Part shown: positions 49,806 through 61,793 of the stretch, in pieces | How the letters are laid out: every line of letters begins with the position of its first letter | Position numbering within the stretch: the first letter of the stretch is position 1 | NCBI GenBank assembly: GCA_963675245.1 | Contig: OY775910.1 | Location: 1,088,001 to 1,152,000, forward strand | DNA length: 64,000 bases | From: Acholeplasmataceae bacterium | Lineage (GTDB): Bacteria > Bacillota_I > Bacilli_A > Acholeplasmatales > Acholeplasmataceae | Direction: 5' to 3' | The notes under the pieces: model-generated | Seen by the model: only the letters and a program-made list of their open reading frames with translations | Database searches by the model: none | What the model was told of the DNA's origin: nothing | Program-made: the position numbers and the translations under genes

Positions 49806-50969
49806 ATGAAAAAAGCATTAGTGATGGCTTCGGTTGCTTCGATGATTGATTTGTTTAATATGGAAAACATTAAAATACTGAGAGATTTGGGTTTTGATGT
49901 TCATGTTGCTTGCAATTTTAAATTTGGAAGTATAACTAGTCAAAAACGTGTCAATGAGTTCCGGGTTGAATTAGAATCTAGTGGAATAAAAACATTCCAA
50001 TTACCTGTTCCTAGAAGAATATCAGCGTTTAGTGATATTATAAAATCCTTTAAATTAATGAGACAATTATGTCAAGATAATAGTTATCAAATTGTTCATT
50101 GCCATTCCCCAATTGGTGGCGTCATTGCTAGATTTGCATGTAAAAATCAGAGAAAAAATGGCACAAAAATCATTTACACAGCTCATGGATTTCATTTTTT
50201 TAAAGGAGCTTCAATAAAAAATTGGATGATTTATTATCCAGTTGAAAAATTTCTTGCAAAATATACAGATATATTAATTACTATGAATGAAGAGGATTAT
50301 AAAACAGCAAACAAGTTCAAGTCTACAACAGTTAAATACGTTCCTGGAATAGGAGTTGATACAGATGAAATCAAGAATGTTAAAGTTGATAGAGTATCAA
50401 AGAGATTAGAATTTGGAATAAAATATAATGATTTCATTCTACTTAGTGTTGGACAACTATCTAAGAGAAAAAATCACAAAGTTATAGTTAATGCTCTATC
50501 GAAAATTACAGATGAAAAGGTAAAGTTATTAATTTGTGGGTTAGGAGAACTCGAAAACTATTTAAGTGATTTGGTAAAGCAATTAAACTTAGAAGAAAGA
50601 GTTGTATTTGCTGGATATCGAAATGATATAAAGGAACTATTATATATAGCTGATTGCTTTGTCTTTCCTTCTTTACAAGAAGGATTACCTGTAGCTTTGA
50701 TGGAGGCAATGTCAGCTGGGCTTCCTGTAGTTTGTTCAAAAATCAGAGGGAATACAGATTTAATTGAAAATGGAAAAGGTGGGTTTTTAGTTGATTCACA
50801 AGATGTTGGGGGTTTTGCAAAGGCACTAAGTGATATAATAAATGATAAAAAAATAAGTAAGCAGATGAGCGCGTATAACTTGACTGAAATTAATAAATTT
50901 GATTCAAAGTCTGTTAATAAAATTATGAAGCAAATCTATGTGGATATTGATAAAAAAATTGAGTTTTAA
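49806..50969 (+). CDS. GT4 glycosyltransferase
   Basis: HCHSPIGG, YTAHGFHF, EGLPVALMEAM. Confidence 0.9.
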   Translation: MKKALVMASVASMIDLFNMENIKILRDLGFDVHVACNFKFGSITSQKRVNEFRVELESSGIKTFQLPVPRRISAFSDIIKSFKLMRQLCQDNSYQIVHCHSPIGGVIARFACKNQRKNGTKIIYTAHGFHFFKGASIKNWMIYYPVEKFLAKYTDILITMNEEDYKTANKFKSTTVKYVPGIGVDTDEIKNVKVDRVSKRLEFGIKYNDFILLSVGQLSKRKNHKVIVNALSKITDEKVKLLICGLGELENYLSDLVKQLNLEERVVFAGYRNDIKELLYIADCFVFPSLQEGLPVALMEAMSAGLPVVCSKIRGNTDLIENGKGGFLVDSQDVGGFAKALSDIINDKKISKQMSAYNLTEINKFDSKSVNKIMKQIYVDIDKKIEF

Positions 50970-51108
50970 ATATTAAAATATAAATTATAAGCGAAACTGA
51001 TTCGACTATATGAAAAATATCTAAAATACTGAAAAAATTATAGAAAGGAAAGTATGCTCTAAAAGGAATAAAGACATCTTAATTTAGAGTGTACAAGAAA
51101 TCACACAC

Positions 51109-52128
51109 ATGAATATTTTAATAACAGGTGGGGCAGGTTTTATTGGTAGTAACTTTATTTTTTATATGAGGGAAAAACACCCAAATTATAGATTGGTTTG
51201 CATAGATGCATTAACCTATGCAGGCAATTTATCTACTTTAGATTCTATAATTAATGATGACAACTTTAGATTTGTTGAAGGAAACATCACAGATAGACGA
51301 GTTGTCGATTCACTTTTTAAAGAAGAGTCTTTTGATTTTGTCGTGAATTTTGCAGCAGAATCACATGTAGATAGATCAATAGAAAATCCCGGGATATTTC
51401 TAAATACAAATATCATTGGAACACAGGTTCTCATGGATGCATGTAGAAAATTTGGAATAAAAAGATATCATCAAGTATCTACGGACGAGGTTTATGGTGA
51501 TTTACCATTAAATAGGCCAGATTTGCTTTTTACTGAAGAAACACCTATTCATACTTCATCACCATATTCAGCATCAAAAGCGTCAGCTGATCTTTTGGTT
51601 CAAGCGTATTTTAGAACATATAATTTACCCACAACGATTTCAAGGTGTTCAAATAATTATGGGCCATATCATTTTCCTGAAAAACTTATTCCTTTGATAA
51701 TAACTAGAGCACTCAATAATCAAACTATCCCTATTTATGGTGTAGGAGAAAATGTCAGAGACTGGTTATATGTTAAAGATCATTGTTCTGCATTAGATTT
51801 AATTTTACATAAAGGAACAAATGGGGAAGTGTATAATATTGGTGGAAATAATGAAAGAACAAATCTACAAGTTGTGAAAACTATTTTAAGAGAACTAGGA
51901 AAACCAGAAACTCTAATAACTTATGTTACTGATAGAGCAGGACATGATATGAGATATGCAATCGACTCCTCAAAAACTAAAAAAGCTTTAAAATGGGAGC
52001 CAACAACTTCCTTTGAGGAAGGAATAAAAAGGACGGTAAAATGGTATCTTGATCATAAAACTTGGTGGAGAAAAATACTTAGTGGAGAATACATCAAATA
52101 TTATAATAAGATGTATAAACATAAATAG
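51109..52128 (+). CDS. rmlB: dTDP-glucose 4,6-dehydratase
   Basis: GGAGFIG, AAESHVDRSI, STDEVYG, YSASK. Confidence 0.95.
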   Translation: MNILITGGAGFIGSNFIFYMREKHPNYRLVCIDALTYAGNLSTLDSIINDDNFRFVEGNITDRRVVDSLFKEESFDFVVNFAAESHVDRSIENPGIFLNTNIIGTQVLMDACRKFGIKRYHQVSTDEVYGDLPLNRPDLLFTEETPIHTSSPYSASKASADLLVQAYFRTYNLPTTISRCSNNYGPYHFPEKLIPLIITRALNNQTIPIYGVGENVRDWLYVKDHCSALDLILHKGTNGEVYNIGGNNERTNLQVVKTILRELGKPETLITYVTDRAGHDMRYAIDSSKTKKALKWEPTTSFEEGIKRTVKWYLDHKTWWRKILSGEYIKYYNKMYKHK

Positions 52129-52986
52129 ATGAAAAAAATGAAAGTATTAGTTACAGGATATAATGGACAACTTGGATATGATGTAATAAAGCTTCTCAAA
52201 GAAAAGAATATCGACTGCATTGGTGTTGATAAAGACGATTTTGATTTATTGAATGAAACAGAAACAAAGACTTTTATAATCAATCAAGAACCAAATGTTA
52301 TCATTCATTGTGCAGCATATACTAATGTTGATAAAGCTGAAGATGAGAAGAGATTATGCTACAACATTAATGTTAATGGTACAAAATATGTAGCAGAAGC
52401 TGCAAAAATCTTAAAATGTAAAATCATATATATCAGTACTGACTATATATTTAGTGGAGATGGTGATAAACCATTTAATGTTACAGATAAAGCAAAACCT
52501 ATTAATTACTATGGTAAGACAAAATACTTAGGAGAATTGGAAGTAAAAAATGCTACAGATAGTTATTTTATTGTTCGCGTATCTTGGGTTTTTGGCATAA
52601 ATGGTCATAATTTTGTTAAAACAATGCTTAGATTAGGAAACACAAAAGATAATATAAATGTTGTTGATGATCAAATTGGTTCACCAACGTACACTGTTGA
52701 TTTAGCAAAATTATTATTGGAAATGTTGTACTCTGATAAATACGGTATTTATCATGCCACAAACGAAGGATTTTGTTCTTGGTATGATTTTGCGGTTAAA
52801 ATATTTGAGTATTCCAGGAAAAATATTGATGTAAAAAAGGTTGATTCAAGTGCTTTTAAAACTATTGCATCAAGACCACTTAATAGCAGATTAAGTAAGT
52901 CATCACTACAAGAAAATGGATTTTGCAGATTAAGAAAATGGGAAGATGCTTTAAAAGAGTATATCGAAACTATTACCGATAATTAG
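52129..52986 (+). CDS. rmlD: dTDP-4-dehydrorhamnose reductase
   Basis: GYNGQLG, AAYTNVD, STDY, YGKTK, DQIGSPT. Confidence 0.93.
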   Translation: MKKMKVLVTGYNGQLGYDVIKLLKEKNIDCIGVDKDDFDLLNETETKTFIINQEPNVIIHCAAYTNVDKAEDEKRLCYNINVNGTKYVAEAAKILKCKIIYISTDYIFSGDGDKPFNVTDKAKPINYYGKTKYLGELEVKNATDSYFIVRVSWVFGINGHNFVKTMLRLGNTKDNINVVDDQIGSPTYTVDLAKLLLEMLYSDKYGIYHATNEGFCSWYDFAVKIFEYSRKNIDVKKVDSSAFKTIASRPLNSRLSKSSLQENGFCRLRKWEDALKEYIETITDN

Positions 52987-53058
52987 AAAATGAATAAGAG
53001 ACAATACTAAATTAGTCTTGCTCTTACTTTTGTTTCAGCTTCTTAGAGAGGAATTAGG

Positions 53059-54495
53059 ATGAATTTATATAAAAGTGCATTAAAAACTTTTGTTTTCAAA
53101 ATAGTAGGATTATCATTAGCATTTTTAATTCAAATCTTGTTTGGTAGACTTCTACCAAAAGAATTATATGGAGAATATACCGTTTTTGTTTCTTATCTCA
53201 ATCTTTTTACTATAATAACAGTATTTGGGATGGACACAAATCTGATAAGAGAAATCTCAAGGAGAGATGATGGGAGTAGTTTTTCTTTATTAAAATATGC
53301 GATTATATTTTCAGTAATTTTATCAATTTTAATTTCAACAGTTTTATTTTTTGCAAAATACATTAATATATTCCAAATTAAATACATTATCATGTTTATT
53401 GTACTGCTGATTGGAATTACTATTGGAAAGATTATTGATGGATTTTTACAAGGAAAGCACTTAGTCGAGAAAGTAACAATAGTTAATCAAATAATAAAGA
53501 ATATTTTCAAAATATTATTGTTTTTGTTTTTCAAAGTTATTGGAAGTGATTTATTTTTTGCAACGATTATAAGTCATTTTATTGCAGAATTATTTTCACT
53601 TCTAATAAGAATATTTTTGTGTAAAAATATTGTTTCAAAAAATCATTATATGTTATCTAAAAATGAAAAATCAATATTTATTAGATATTCATTATCGCTG
53701 GGAATTATTTCTGGATTAGTATTATTGATGACTACTATTGATAAATTAATCATCTCAGAATTTTTATCTTTTGCTGATGTTGCAAACTATATGGTTTCAC
53801 AAAATTATGGACTATTATTAAGTGTTTTTGTTATGCCATCAATTGTATTCTGGCCTAAAATATCTCGATGTTTTAGTGATGGAGAATTTAATCAGATAAA
53901 AACAGATCTACAAAATATAGTAAAAATGATTTTATTTCTTACTGTACCTATGTTTTTTTTGATTAGTTTTAAATCGACTAATTTATTAATGATATTTGGT
54001 ATTGATTATGTAACAAGTAATGGAAAATATGTCCTTATTATTTTGAGTTTTGCTGTTCTATATGATGCATTATCAGGACCAATTGGTTCGATTATGACTA
54101 TGTCAAATTATGCGACTTTAAATTTAATTAGTAATATCATTTCTTTAATACTAAACATTGTAATAAGCATAGTTTTATTAAATTACTTCGGTATTATAGG
54201 GGTAGCAATTGGTACTGCAATAAGCATAATATTTAGGAATGTATTTGCTATGGTTTTAGTGAGAATAAAACTTAAAATCATTGCATATGATAAGAAATTC
54301 TTTCTATTATTAATCTTTAGTATATTTTTTAATGTATTAGTATACATTTTTTACAATTCTTTGTTTGATATCAGTAGCTATCTTTTGGATTTAATATTGT
54401 ATTTTATTGTAACTTATTTTATGAATGGACTATTATTGCTAATATTTAAAAAAGAAGTTAAAACACTTATTAGTTCATTTGTAAATGAAGATTAA
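53059..54495 (+). CDS. wzx: Wzx-like polysaccharide flippase
   Basis: About 14 TM segments, LLPKELYG, FGIIGVAIGT. Confidence 0.8.
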   Translation: MNLYKSALKTFVFKIVGLSLAFLIQILFGRLLPKELYGEYTVFVSYLNLFTIITVFGMDTNLIREISRRDDGSSFSLLKYAIIFSVILSILISTVLFFAKYINIFQIKYIIMFIVLLIGITIGKIIDGFLQGKHLVEKVTIVNQIIKNIFKILLFLFFKVIGSDLFFATIISHFIAELFSLLIRIFLCKNIVSKNHYMLSKNEKSIFIRYSLSLGIISGLVLLMTTIDKLIISEFLSFADVANYMVSQNYGLLLSVFVMPSIVFWPKISRCFSDGEFNQIKTDLQNIVKMILFLTVPMFFLISFKSTNLLMIFGIDYVTSNGKYVLIILSFAVLYDALSGPIGSIMTMSNYATLNLISNIISLILNIVISIVLLNYFGIIGVAIGTAISIIFRNVFAMVLVRIKLKIIAYDKKFFLLLIFSIFFNVLVYIFYNSLFDISSYLLDLILYFIVTYFMNGLLLLIFKKEVKTLISSFVNED

Positions 54496-54542
54496 AATAG
54501 TACAAATGCAAGTATAAACATTTTAAATAATGGAGGATTTGT

Positions 54543-55769
54543 ATGAGAAGGATTTTATTTAGACTAAGAGAACTTTTATTTTTCTTTCTCTCCAAACTTA
54601 TAATAAAAAAGAAGAATAGATGGGTATTTGGTTCCTGGATAGGTGAAAAAGTATCTGACAATAGTAAGTGGTTCTATAAGTATGTTGTTACAAATTATCC
54701 GAGTTTAGATTGTATTTATATAACAAAAGATATATCTGAAATAAAAATGTTGAATTTGAAAGGAGGAAGAGCGTTTAAATACGGGTCTTTAAAGTCTTAC
54801 TATTATATTTTGACAAGCAAAGTAGCTTTGATGACACATGGATATCAAGATTTATCTAGAATATATTTAGTGGGATCTGCTTTTAAAGTAAATTTCTGGC
54901 ATGCTTCAATTCTAATAAAAAAATTGAAATACGAAACCGTAAAGTATAAAGAACAGAGTAATATTAAAAAGAAGATTTCTAGAACTCTTGACAAAATGCA
55001 TCAACATCAAATGTACATTGCATCAAGCATTGAATATCAGAACTCATTAATAAATGATTTTGGAGCAGATATTAGATATATTTATCTATCGGGATTTCCA
55101 AAAGCAAGTCTTTTTAATAACGAATTATCTCCATTACCTTATGCCACCATAGCACATGAAATTTTCAAGACAACTGGTTTCAATATTACTGGAAAAAAAA
55201 TAATATTATATATGCCAACCTATAGAGATGATTCGACTGTTTTTTCATTTTTAAACATGAATAAAAAACAGAATGATCTTATCACACAAATTCTAAATAA
55301 ATTTAATGCTGTTATTTTAGAAAAAAATCATTATGTCGATTCAGTTATAAGAAAAATTGATACAAAAACATCTAAGATCGATATTCTAAATATAAATAAT
55401 GTTAAATATATAGATATCCAGGAAATATTGTTTCGTTCAGATATGTTGATAACAGATTATTCAAGTTCATATGCTGATTTTGTTTTACTGGACAGACCGA
55501 TAATTCATTATGCGTACGACTATGAATACTACAAAAATCGCGATAAAGGTTTTTACCGTGATATTACTCAGTTCGCAGCGGGGTCAATTACATATGATTT
55601 TGAATCATTGATTAGTGAAATATTATTGAATTTAGAACAACCACAGCTTCATAAAAACACGAGAGATTTGTTTATCAAAAGATTTTTGATATATAACACC
55701 TATAATAATTGCTCCAATATATTTAATGAAATAAAACAAAGAATAAATTTTGAAAGTAAACTTGATTAA
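54543..55769 (+). CDS. CDP-glycerol/ribitol glycerophosphotransferase family protein
   Basis: DNSK, NFWH, YMPTYR, LITDYSS, RPII. Confidence 0.85.
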   Translation: MRRILFRLRELLFFFLSKLIIKKKNRWVFGSWIGEKVSDNSKWFYKYVVTNYPSLDCIYITKDISEIKMLNLKGGRAFKYGSLKSYYYILTSKVALMTHGYQDLSRIYLVGSAFKVNFWHASILIKKLKYETVKYKEQSNIKKKISRTLDKMHQHQMYIASSIEYQNSLINDFGADIRYIYLSGFPKASLFNNELSPLPYATIAHEIFKTTGFNITGKKIILYMPTYRDDSTVFSFLNMNKKQNDLITQILNKFNAVILEKNHYVDSVIRKIDTKTSKIDILNINNVKYIDIQEILFRSDMLITDYSSSYADFVLLDRPIIHYAYDYEYYKNRDKGFYRDITQFAAGSITYDFESLISEILLNLEQPQLHKNTRDLFIKRFLIYNTYNNCSNIFNEIKQRINFESKLD

Positions 55770-56061
55770 AATGAATTACCTCACAAACAAAAACAATAAT
55801 CTTATGTGTATTTTTAATTATCAAATTTAATTTCAATAAATTAGCGTTTGTAAGACCATAGGAATAATGCTAAAATATGATTGTTTGGTAACAGAATATA
55901 TAAATATGTATATTTATTAGTATTTTCTACAAAAAAAAGACTATATTTTTAATAAAGATTATGTAATATTATTTTTGAAATGATTTGTTCATATCATAAG
56001 GAAAATATTCTATAATTTTTGTCAAAATAAAGCACTTAAAGTGATTGAAGGATGTGAAAAA

Positions 56062-56973
56062 ATGGAAAAGAATAAGAAAGTAACTGTATTATTATCGAGC
56101 TTTAACGGTGAAAAATACTTAGAGAACCAATTAAAAAGTATAATATCTCAGAGAGGTGTTGATACAAAAATACTTGTTAGAGATGATGGTTCAACAGATG
56201 ATACAATCAATATATTGGATAGATATAAGGAATCTGGATATCTTGATTGGTATACAGGAGATAATTTAAAACCTGCTCGCAGTTTTTTAGATCTAATATC
56301 ACACACGTCTAATTCTGATTACTTTGCTTTTTGTGATCAAGATGATATATGGGATGAGAATAAACTAGAGATAGCCGTTAATATTTTAGATAAATTTGAT
56401 CCCAGTCAGCCTTCTTTATATTTTTCAAATGTTAAAGTTGTAGATGAGAATTTGGTTTTTATTGAAAAGACTTCATTAAATCCTGATTTAGATTTAGCTC
56501 ACTCTCTTATTCACTATTCTGCCTTTGGTTGTACTGAAGTATTTAATCAAAATTTAGTAAACCATATTAAAGAGTATAAAAGTGATAAGATTGAGTCACA
56601 TGATAATTGGATTTATAAAGTATGTTTATCGTTAGATGGCAATGTATTTTTTGACGAGAATTCATACATATTATATAGGCAACATTCACACAACTTCATT
56701 GGTATAAATAATTCTTTTTGGAAAACTACTTGGAATAGATTTTTAACTCCGTTTAAGAAAAAAGATCGACAAAGAATGCTAGATGCAAAACAAATTATCA
56801 GTGGATATTGGATGAAAATCACACCAGCTAATAGAGAAATATTAAATAGAATTGTCAATTATAGAACAAGTTTAAAGAATAAATTGGCATTACTATTTGA
56901 TAAAAGATTTAAATCAAAAAATCGAAAAAGAAATATATTATTTTATTTATCAGTATTATTTGGATCATTATAA
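56062..56973 (+). CDS. GT2 glycosyltransferase (rhamnosyltransferase-like)
   Basis: FNGEKYL, RDDGS, FCDQDD, HD, YRQH. Confidence 0.88.
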   Translation: MEKNKKVTVLLSSFNGEKYLENQLKSIISQRGVDTKILVRDDGSTDDTINILDRYKESGYLDWYTGDNLKPARSFLDLISHTSNSDYFAFCDQDDIWDENKLEIAVNILDKFDPSQPSLYFSNVKVVDENLVFIEKTSLNPDLDLAHSLIHYSAFGCTEVFNQNLVNHIKEYKSDKIESHDNWIYKVCLSLDGNVFFDENSYILYRQHSHNFIGINNSFWKTTWNRFLTPFKKKDRQRMLDAKQIISGYWMKITPANREILNRIVNYRTSLKNKLALLFDKRFKSKNRKRNILFYLSVLFGSL

Positions 56974-57022
56974 TTATTTCATTAACTTATTAAGTAAAAT
57001 AACATAGAAAGGATAGGTGTTT

Positions 57023-58219
57023 ATGAATAAATCAATGAAAATAGAAAAAATGAGTGGACTTGTTTTAACACTTGTTCTTTTATCATTTATAGTAGATATG
57101 GGTGGAGCTTTTCATATTAAAGATTTTGCATTTATTATTGTGATAATTTATGATTTTTACCTTTTGACAGTTATTGCTTTAAAACTACCTTCAAAATTAT
57201 TTTTGGTCGAAGGAGTTATATTCGGAGTGTTTCCCGTGATTCTTATGTTAACTAGTTATATTCTTTTTAACATTCCATTTTCAATTTCAATTAATGAATT
57301 AAGCTCATTTTTATTGTTTGCACTTTTTCCTATATTTTTGACTTTGGATTCAAATATAATATACAAAAAAATTAAGAATATGCTGTATTATGCAAGTTTA
57401 ATTGTAATTTTCACTTTTATTATGTTATTGATTTTTGGTGTTTTAAATCTAACTGGATACCTAACAGCAATAGATAGTTTTACTAGAAAATATAACATAG
57501 GTTATATTGGACAAGCAGGATTTTTAGGATTACCATTTTTCGCTCCTAATGTATATTATAAATGGAGCATGTGGCTTATTGGTAGTGTCATATTTAATAT
57601 TGAAAATAGAAAGAGATTATTAGTTTCTTTATTTGCAATGGCATTAACATTTTCTACAGCAGTTATTTTGTTTTCAGTTTTAGGAGTCATAATATGGTTA
57701 ATTATTAATAGAAAATACACGAGTCTAATTAAAATGACATTTATTTCATTATTTATTATTGGGATTTTCCTATCAATAAGTAGCACATCAAATATCATTT
57801 TTGGTATCTTCAGTAAATTTTCTATAAACAATATCTCGACCTTAAGAAAAGTGGAAACAATTAAGTCAATATTACCTCTTTTTAAAGATGGGACAACGGC
57901 AATTATTGGGATGGGAATTGGATCTGAATTCTATAGTTTTGGTGTTAATAGATTTGTATCAAGTGTTGAAGTTAGTCATTTTAATATGATGAGGCAATTT
58001 GGACTAATATATAGTTTTTTGTTTTTTGGATTTATAATTTGGAGATCAATTAGTTTTCTTAGAAGGGACACTTTTAAAATGAAATTAGGTCTAACTCTAC
58101 TGCTACTATTTTTTGCAGCTGGGACAAACCCCTTGTTATTATCTCCAATTGTATTCCTATTTATAGTACTGAGTTCAAGCGAAGAATATAAAAAAAAGAT
58201 TAATAGAAAGGTGGTATAA
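57023..58219 (+). CDS. wzy: Putative Wzy polymerase
   Basis: About 10-11 TM segments, large loop with IIGMGIG, position in locus. Confidence 0.6.
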   Translation: MNKSMKIEKMSGLVLTLVLLSFIVDMGGAFHIKDFAFIIVIIYDFYLLTVIALKLPSKLFLVEGVIFGVFPVILMLTSYILFNIPFSISINELSSFLLFALFPIFLTLDSNIIYKKIKNMLYYASLIVIFTFIMLLIFGVLNLTGYLTAIDSFTRKYNIGYIGQAGFLGLPFFAPNVYYKWSMWLIGSVIFNIENRKRLLVSLFAMALTFSTAVILFSVLGVIIWLIINRKYTSLIKMTFISLFIIGIFLSISSTSNIIFGIFSKFSINNISTLRKVETIKSILPLFKDGTTAIIGMGIGSEFYSFGVNRFVSSVEVSHFNMMRQFGLIYSFLFFGFIIWRSISFLRRDTFKMKLGLTLLLLFFAAGTNPLLLSPIVFLFIVLSSSEEYKKKINRKVV

Positions 58220-58220
58220 A

Positions 58221-59105
58221 ATGAAAGGTATTATTTTAGCGGGAGGCAGCGGTACTAGACTATATCCATTAACAAAAGTAATAAGTAAGCAACTGTTGCC
58301 TATTCATGATAAACCTATGATTTACTATCCTTTAAGCATTCTTATGCTTGCAGGAATACAGGAAATATTGATAATATCAACTCCCACAGATACTCCAAGA
58401 TTTAAGGAACTTTTTGGCAATGGAGAATCATTTGGAATCAAGTTACATTATGCAGTTCAACACAATCCTGATGGACTTGCCCAAGCTTTTATTATTGGAG
58501 GTGAATTTATTGGAGATGATAATGTAGCGATGATACTTGGGGATAACATCTTCTATGGAAATGGATTGACTAATAAACTTAAAATGGCAGTTGAAAATGC
58601 CAACAATGGAAAAGCAACCATATTTGGATATCATGTACATGATCCAGAGCGTTTTGGAATTGTTGAACTCGATAAAGACGGTAGAGCAATATCAATAGAA
58701 GAAAAACCACTAAATCCTAAATCAAATTATTGCGTAACAGGACTTTATTTTTATGATAATAGAGTCGTAGAGTTCTCGAAGAAAGTTAAACCAAGTTCTA
58801 GAGGAGAACTTGAAATAACTTCACTAAATCAGATGTATTTAAATCATAATGACTTGAACGTGATTACTCTTGGTAGGGGATTCACATGGTTAGATACTGG
58901 AACTCATGATTCACTAGTGGATGCAACAAATTTTGTGAAAATGACTGAAGAACATCAAAATTTAAAAATTTCTTGTTTAGAAGAAATAGCATACAAAAAT
59001 AATTGGATTTCGAAAAGTAAATTAATTGAACAGGGTAATTTTTTATCAAAAAGCAAATATGGTCAACACTTGCTGGCCGTTGCAAACAATGAAATTAAAT
59101 ATTGA
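58221..59105 (+). CDS. rmlA: Glucose-1-phosphate thymidylyltransferase
   Basis: [33 protein letters not shown]. Confidence 0.96.
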   Translation: MKGIILAGGSGTRLYPLTKVISKQLLPIHDKPMIYYPLSILMLAGIQEILIISTPTDTPRFKELFGNGESFGIKLHYAVQHNPDGLAQAFIIGGEFIGDDNVAMILGDNIFYGNGLTNKLKMAVENANNGKATIFGYHVHDPERFGIVELDKDGRAISIEEKPLNPKSNYCVTGLYFYDNRVVEFSKKVKPSSRGELEITSLNQMYLNHNDLNVITLGRGFTWLDTGTHDSLVDATNFVKMTEEHQNLKISCLEEIAYKNNWISKSKLIEQGNFLSKSKYGQHLLAVANNEIKY

Positions 59106-59113
59106 GGTTTAGT

Positions 59114-59659
59114 ATGAAAAAAATTAAAACAAAATTAAATGAAGTATTTATAATCGAACCAGATGTATATGAAGATAATAGAGGGTGGTTCTGTGAAACA
59201 TTTAATAAAGAAAAATATAGACAGATTGGGATTAACGATGATTTTTTACAAGATAATCACTCGTATAGTGCTGAAAAAGAAACATTAAGAGGAATTCATT
59301 TTCAGATAGGTGACTCTGCTCAAACTAAATTAGTTAGATGTACAAAAGGTAGAGTTCTTGATGTGGTAGTCGATTTACGAAGACTGTCAAATACTTTCGG
59401 ACAATGGATATCTGTTGAATTGAATGAAGTAAATAAAAGACAAATATATATACCTAGAGGTTTTGGACATGGGTTTGTAACCTTAACAGATAATTGCGAG
59501 TTCGTTTACAAGGTTGATAATTATTACTCAAGAGATAATGACAGAAGTTTACTTTGGAATGATAAGACCTTAAGTATTGATTGGCAAACGAGTAATCCCA
59601 AATTATCTGATAAAGATAAATATGCGAAAAACCTCAAAGAAATTGGGGAATTATTTTGA
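59114..59659 (+). CDS. rmlC: dTDP-4-dehydrorhamnose 3,5-epimerase
   Basis: DNRGWF, QDNHS, LRGIH, GFGHGF, YKVD. Confidence 0.95.
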   Translation: MKKIKTKLNEVFIIEPDVYEDNRGWFCETFNKEKYRQIGINDDFLQDNHSYSAEKETLRGIHFQIGDSAQTKLVRCTKGRVLDVVVDLRRLSNTFGQWISVELNEVNKRQIYIPRGFGHGFVTLTDNCEFVYKVDNYYSRDNDRSLLWNDKTLSIDWQTSNPKLSDKDKYAKNLKEIGELF

Positions 59660-59830
59660 GAATTGTTTTATTATTAAGACCGATGACAAAAATAGGATGC
59701 AAATGCAAACAAATTTTAATTGAATTATGTTGTAATCATATTATTTCAAAATTTAGTTGTATAAAACAATTAAAAACAGTTTAAATAGGATTATTACAGA
59801 ATGAAATTGGTTAAATTGGAGGGAAATAAT

Positions 59831-60715
59831 GTGATTTATGCTGTTGTTGTTATATTTTATAATCCTGATGAAAATGCCATAGATAGAATTAGTACATACT
59901 CTGATAATTTTGATGATATTTTAATTATTGATAACTCAGAGATATATTCTAATAAAACCGTTGAAAGGTTAGTTCAATATAATAATTGTACATATCATAA
60001 AATGAATGGAAACGAAGGTATGGCAAAAGCTTTAAACTATGCATTTTATAGAGCCATCGATAAAAATTTCGATTTTATTCTTTCAATGGATCAAGATAGT
60101 ATTTATAGTATAGAAAATATTAATAACATGAAGAAGTATATTGAATTTAATTTTGATGAAGCAATAGGCATATTTTCACCATCATATTCAAAATTATATT
60201 TTGATGAAAATAGTCAAGAATTTATTGCTGCAAAAAGCAGCATTAAAAGAAACGAAATTAAAAAGGTTTCATTTTGTATGACGTCTGGTAGTTTTGTGAA
60301 TGTGAAAGCATTAACCAAAATATTACCTTTAGAAGACTATTTTATCTCATATGTAGATAACCTTTTGTCTACAAAACTAAAAGAGAACGGTTATGAGTTA
60401 ATTAGAGTTGGTACGTCTTATTTTTCTCAACAAGTTGGAGGCATAGTTAAAAATACTATATTTAATCGATTATTTAGGATTGTACATCATGATGACATTA
60501 GATATTATTATATGGTTAGAAATAATTTGCTATTAGGAGAAAGATTTAAAAAGTTCAGTATTAAGAGGATAAAAAACAGAATTGGTTTATTTAGAATTCT
60601 AGGCAATTTACTAATTGGTGAAAAAAACAAAACAAAAAAACTAAAGGCTTGTTGGAAAGGTTATAAAGATTTTAAACAAAAAGTTATGGGAAAGGCAAAT
60701 TGTGATTTTAATTAA
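59831..60715 (+). CDS. GT2 glycosyltransferase (rhamnosyltransferase-like)
   Basis: IIDNS, GMAKALN, MDQDS, TSGS, RYYYMVRN. Confidence 0.85.
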   Translation: MIYAVVVIFYNPDENAIDRISTYSDNFDDILIIDNSEIYSNKTVERLVQYNNCTYHKMNGNEGMAKALNYAFYRAIDKNFDFILSMDQDSIYSIENINNMKKYIEFNFDEAIGIFSPSYSKLYFDENSQEFIAAKSSIKRNEIKKVSFCMTSGSFVNVKALTKILPLEDYFISYVDNLLSTKLKENGYELIRVGTSYFSQQVGGIVKNTIFNRLFRIVHHDDIRYYYMVRNNLLLGERFKKFSIKRIKNRIGLFRILGNLLIGEKNKTKKLKACWKGYKDFKQKVMGKANCDFN

Positions 60716-60757
60716 ACTAATTATAAAATGAACATTAACAAAAAAAGGAGTGATATT

Positions 60758-61717
60758 ATGTATAATCCATTAGTTTCCATTATTATACCTGTATATAACG
60801 GTACCAATTATTTAAACGAAAGCATTAATTCCGCACTAGCTCAAACTTATGACAATATCGAGATTATTGTTGTAAATGATGGTTCTACCGACAACGGAGA
60901 AACTGAAAAATTAATCCTTTCTTATCAAGATAAAGTTAAGTATTTGAAGAAAGACAATGGTGGGGTTGCTTCAGCACTAAATTTGGGAATCCAAAATATG
61001 AAAGGGGACTGGTTTTCATGGTTAAGCCATGATGATTTATATTATCCAAGTAAGATCGAAGAACAAATAAAAATATTAAGGAGAAAATTAGATCTTAATC
61101 CTCAAATAGATTTAACAAAAGAAGTAGTTTACACAAACAGTGAAATAATCGATAAAAATGGTAAGTTATTATTCAAGTGGAAAAATAGAACTATTGATAA
61201 CCTGTCTAACATTGAAATTGTTATTGAAGCGTTGAGAGTGATCAAATTAAATGGATGTTCATTTTTATTAAACAAAAAATGTTTTGAGCAAATTGGAACT
61301 TTTAGAGAAGATATGAAATTACTAAATGATTTTGAATATTGGAATCGTTTGCTATATAACGAATATAAATTTAATTATGTTCCACAAATTTTAGTTCAAG
61401 GTAGAATGCACAGTGCTCAAGTTTCGGCGACTATTGGATATTCAAAGGATAACTGGGAACAAGACGAATTTTGGGGAAAAATTATTAGTTTCACATTTGA
61501 AGGCTCTGAACCTAAAAAAAGTAAATATTTGTATAAAATAGGTAAATATGCTTTAATAAATGGAAGAAATGATGCTGCACATATATCATTTAAGCATGCA
61601 AAAACTTTGTCTAAAAAATACAAATATCTTATTCCTATAACAAGTAGTTATATAAAGACTTATAGATGCTTTCGTGAAATAGCAAAAAAAATTTATATAA
61701 AAATTAAGTTTGGTTAG
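60758..61717 (+). CDS. GT2 glycosyltransferase
   Basis: SIIIPVYN, VNDGSTD, NGGVASALN, WLSHDD. Confidence 0.9.
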   Translation: MYNPLVSIIIPVYNGTNYLNESINSALAQTYDNIEIIVVNDGSTDNGETEKLILSYQDKVKYLKKDNGGVASALNLGIQNMKGDWFSWLSHDDLYYPSKIEEQIKILRRKLDLNPQIDLTKEVVYTNSEIIDKNGKLLFKWKNRTIDNLSNIEIVIEALRVIKLNGCSFLLNKKCFEQIGTFREDMKLLNDFEYWNRLLYNEYKFNYVPQILVQGRMHSAQVSATIGYSKDNWEQDEFWGKIISFTFEGSEPKKSKYLYKIGKYALINGRNDAAHISFKHAKTLSKKYKYLIPITSSYIKTYRCFREIAKKIYIKIKFG

Positions 61718-61793
61718 AAAACTGTTCGACTTAGAATATATTATATTCTTGTTTTATTTGGAAAATTAAATGTACTTTTAGGAGATGAAACTA